Assembly (NCBI GenBank): GCA_964016885.1
Contig: OZ024743.1
Span: 108,686,001 to 108,750,000, forward strand
DNA length: 64,000 nt
Direction: 5' to 3'
DNA from: Eledone cirrhosa
Lineage: Eukaryota
Below are positions 63,188 to 64,000 of this stretch, piece after piece. The notes beneath the pieces are model-generated. The model was given only the letters and a program-made list of their open reading frames with translations. It was not told where the DNA came from and made no database searches. The position numbers and the translations under genes are program-made. Position 1 is the first letter of the stretch. Every line of letters begins with the position of its first letter.

Positions 63188-64000
63188 GAGAGAGATACAT
63201 ATAGGAATGATGGAATACAGTTTTTCATTTTTCTTCTACTAATTTATGGCATTGTGACTAGTTAAAGTAAATCAATATCTATATAATACTAATAAAATAA
63301 CAACTGCTACGACAACAACACTACCAACATCAACAATATGAAAAACAAAACAAATATCAATAGCAACAAATGACGACAGCAAGAATAACAATGACAACAA
63401 TATTAACAGTTTCAAAGCAACACACTCGCATTAACCGGTAAACGAAAATTAGCAAAGCAGTCATCACAATGGACCAACCCAAATATAAATATATCGCTGG
63501 CATTAAAAACAATCATAAACTTTATGGCCTGATAGAAACGTCCATAGAATATTTCTATATAACTGCCTCCTTCTCACTGATTCTCTCACTCTCTCACTGA
63601 ATATCTCACTGCCTCACCTCTTTCTCTCTCTGTCGCATTCTAGTTCTCTCCATTTCTATCTCAAATTCTATTGTTTCTCCATCTCTATCTCATTTTCTAT
63701 TGTCGCTTTGTTCCATTCCTTCCTTCTTTTCTTTCTCTTTTCAGATTGTCTTGCTAAATAAATGCAACCCTCCCGGATGATATTCATTCGCATATCGATT
63801 TAGCTTTATTTTAGTAGAGAATCAGGAAGATTATGTTATATGTGTACGTTTTTGTATGGATGGGTAATACATAAGTGTGTGTGTGTGTGTCTGGTAAAAG
63901 GGGATAACAATAAATACAAACGTCATCATTGTAAGGTAAGCTTTGGATCGATATTAACCAGCTATGTTATATTATACTGTTAATGAAAGGCAGAGATGTG

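Overview
This is AT-rich eukaryotic non-coding DNA, most likely from a coleoid cephalopod (Octopus-like). That assignment is inferred from the SINE families and the very long (TA)n tracts. No intact host gene is visible; one possible terminal coding exon lies at 29793-29952 (-). Nearly all supplied 'YIYIYI' ORFs are microsatellite artefacts. The real content falls into four groups. (1) A 9.4-20.6 kb stack of same-orientation R4/Dong-type non-LTR retrotransposons (RT, CCHC knuckle, restriction-like endonuclease) inserted into (TAA)n. (2) Many tRNA-derived SINEs. (3) Two Penelope-like element (PLE) families with GIY-YIG endonuclease remnants, each with an inverted copy of its 3' end at the 5' junction. 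(4) The most striking signal: about a dozen short fold-back (hairpin) inserts of mostly unrelated sequence, sitting in or next to (TA)n tracts, mainly between 32 and 62 kb. Several carry type I hammerhead ribozyme motifs: one perfect copy at 61513-61557, a mirror-image pair at 52954-53404, and variants with a long stem II or an altered core. All coordinates were read by eye and repeat boundaries are approximate.
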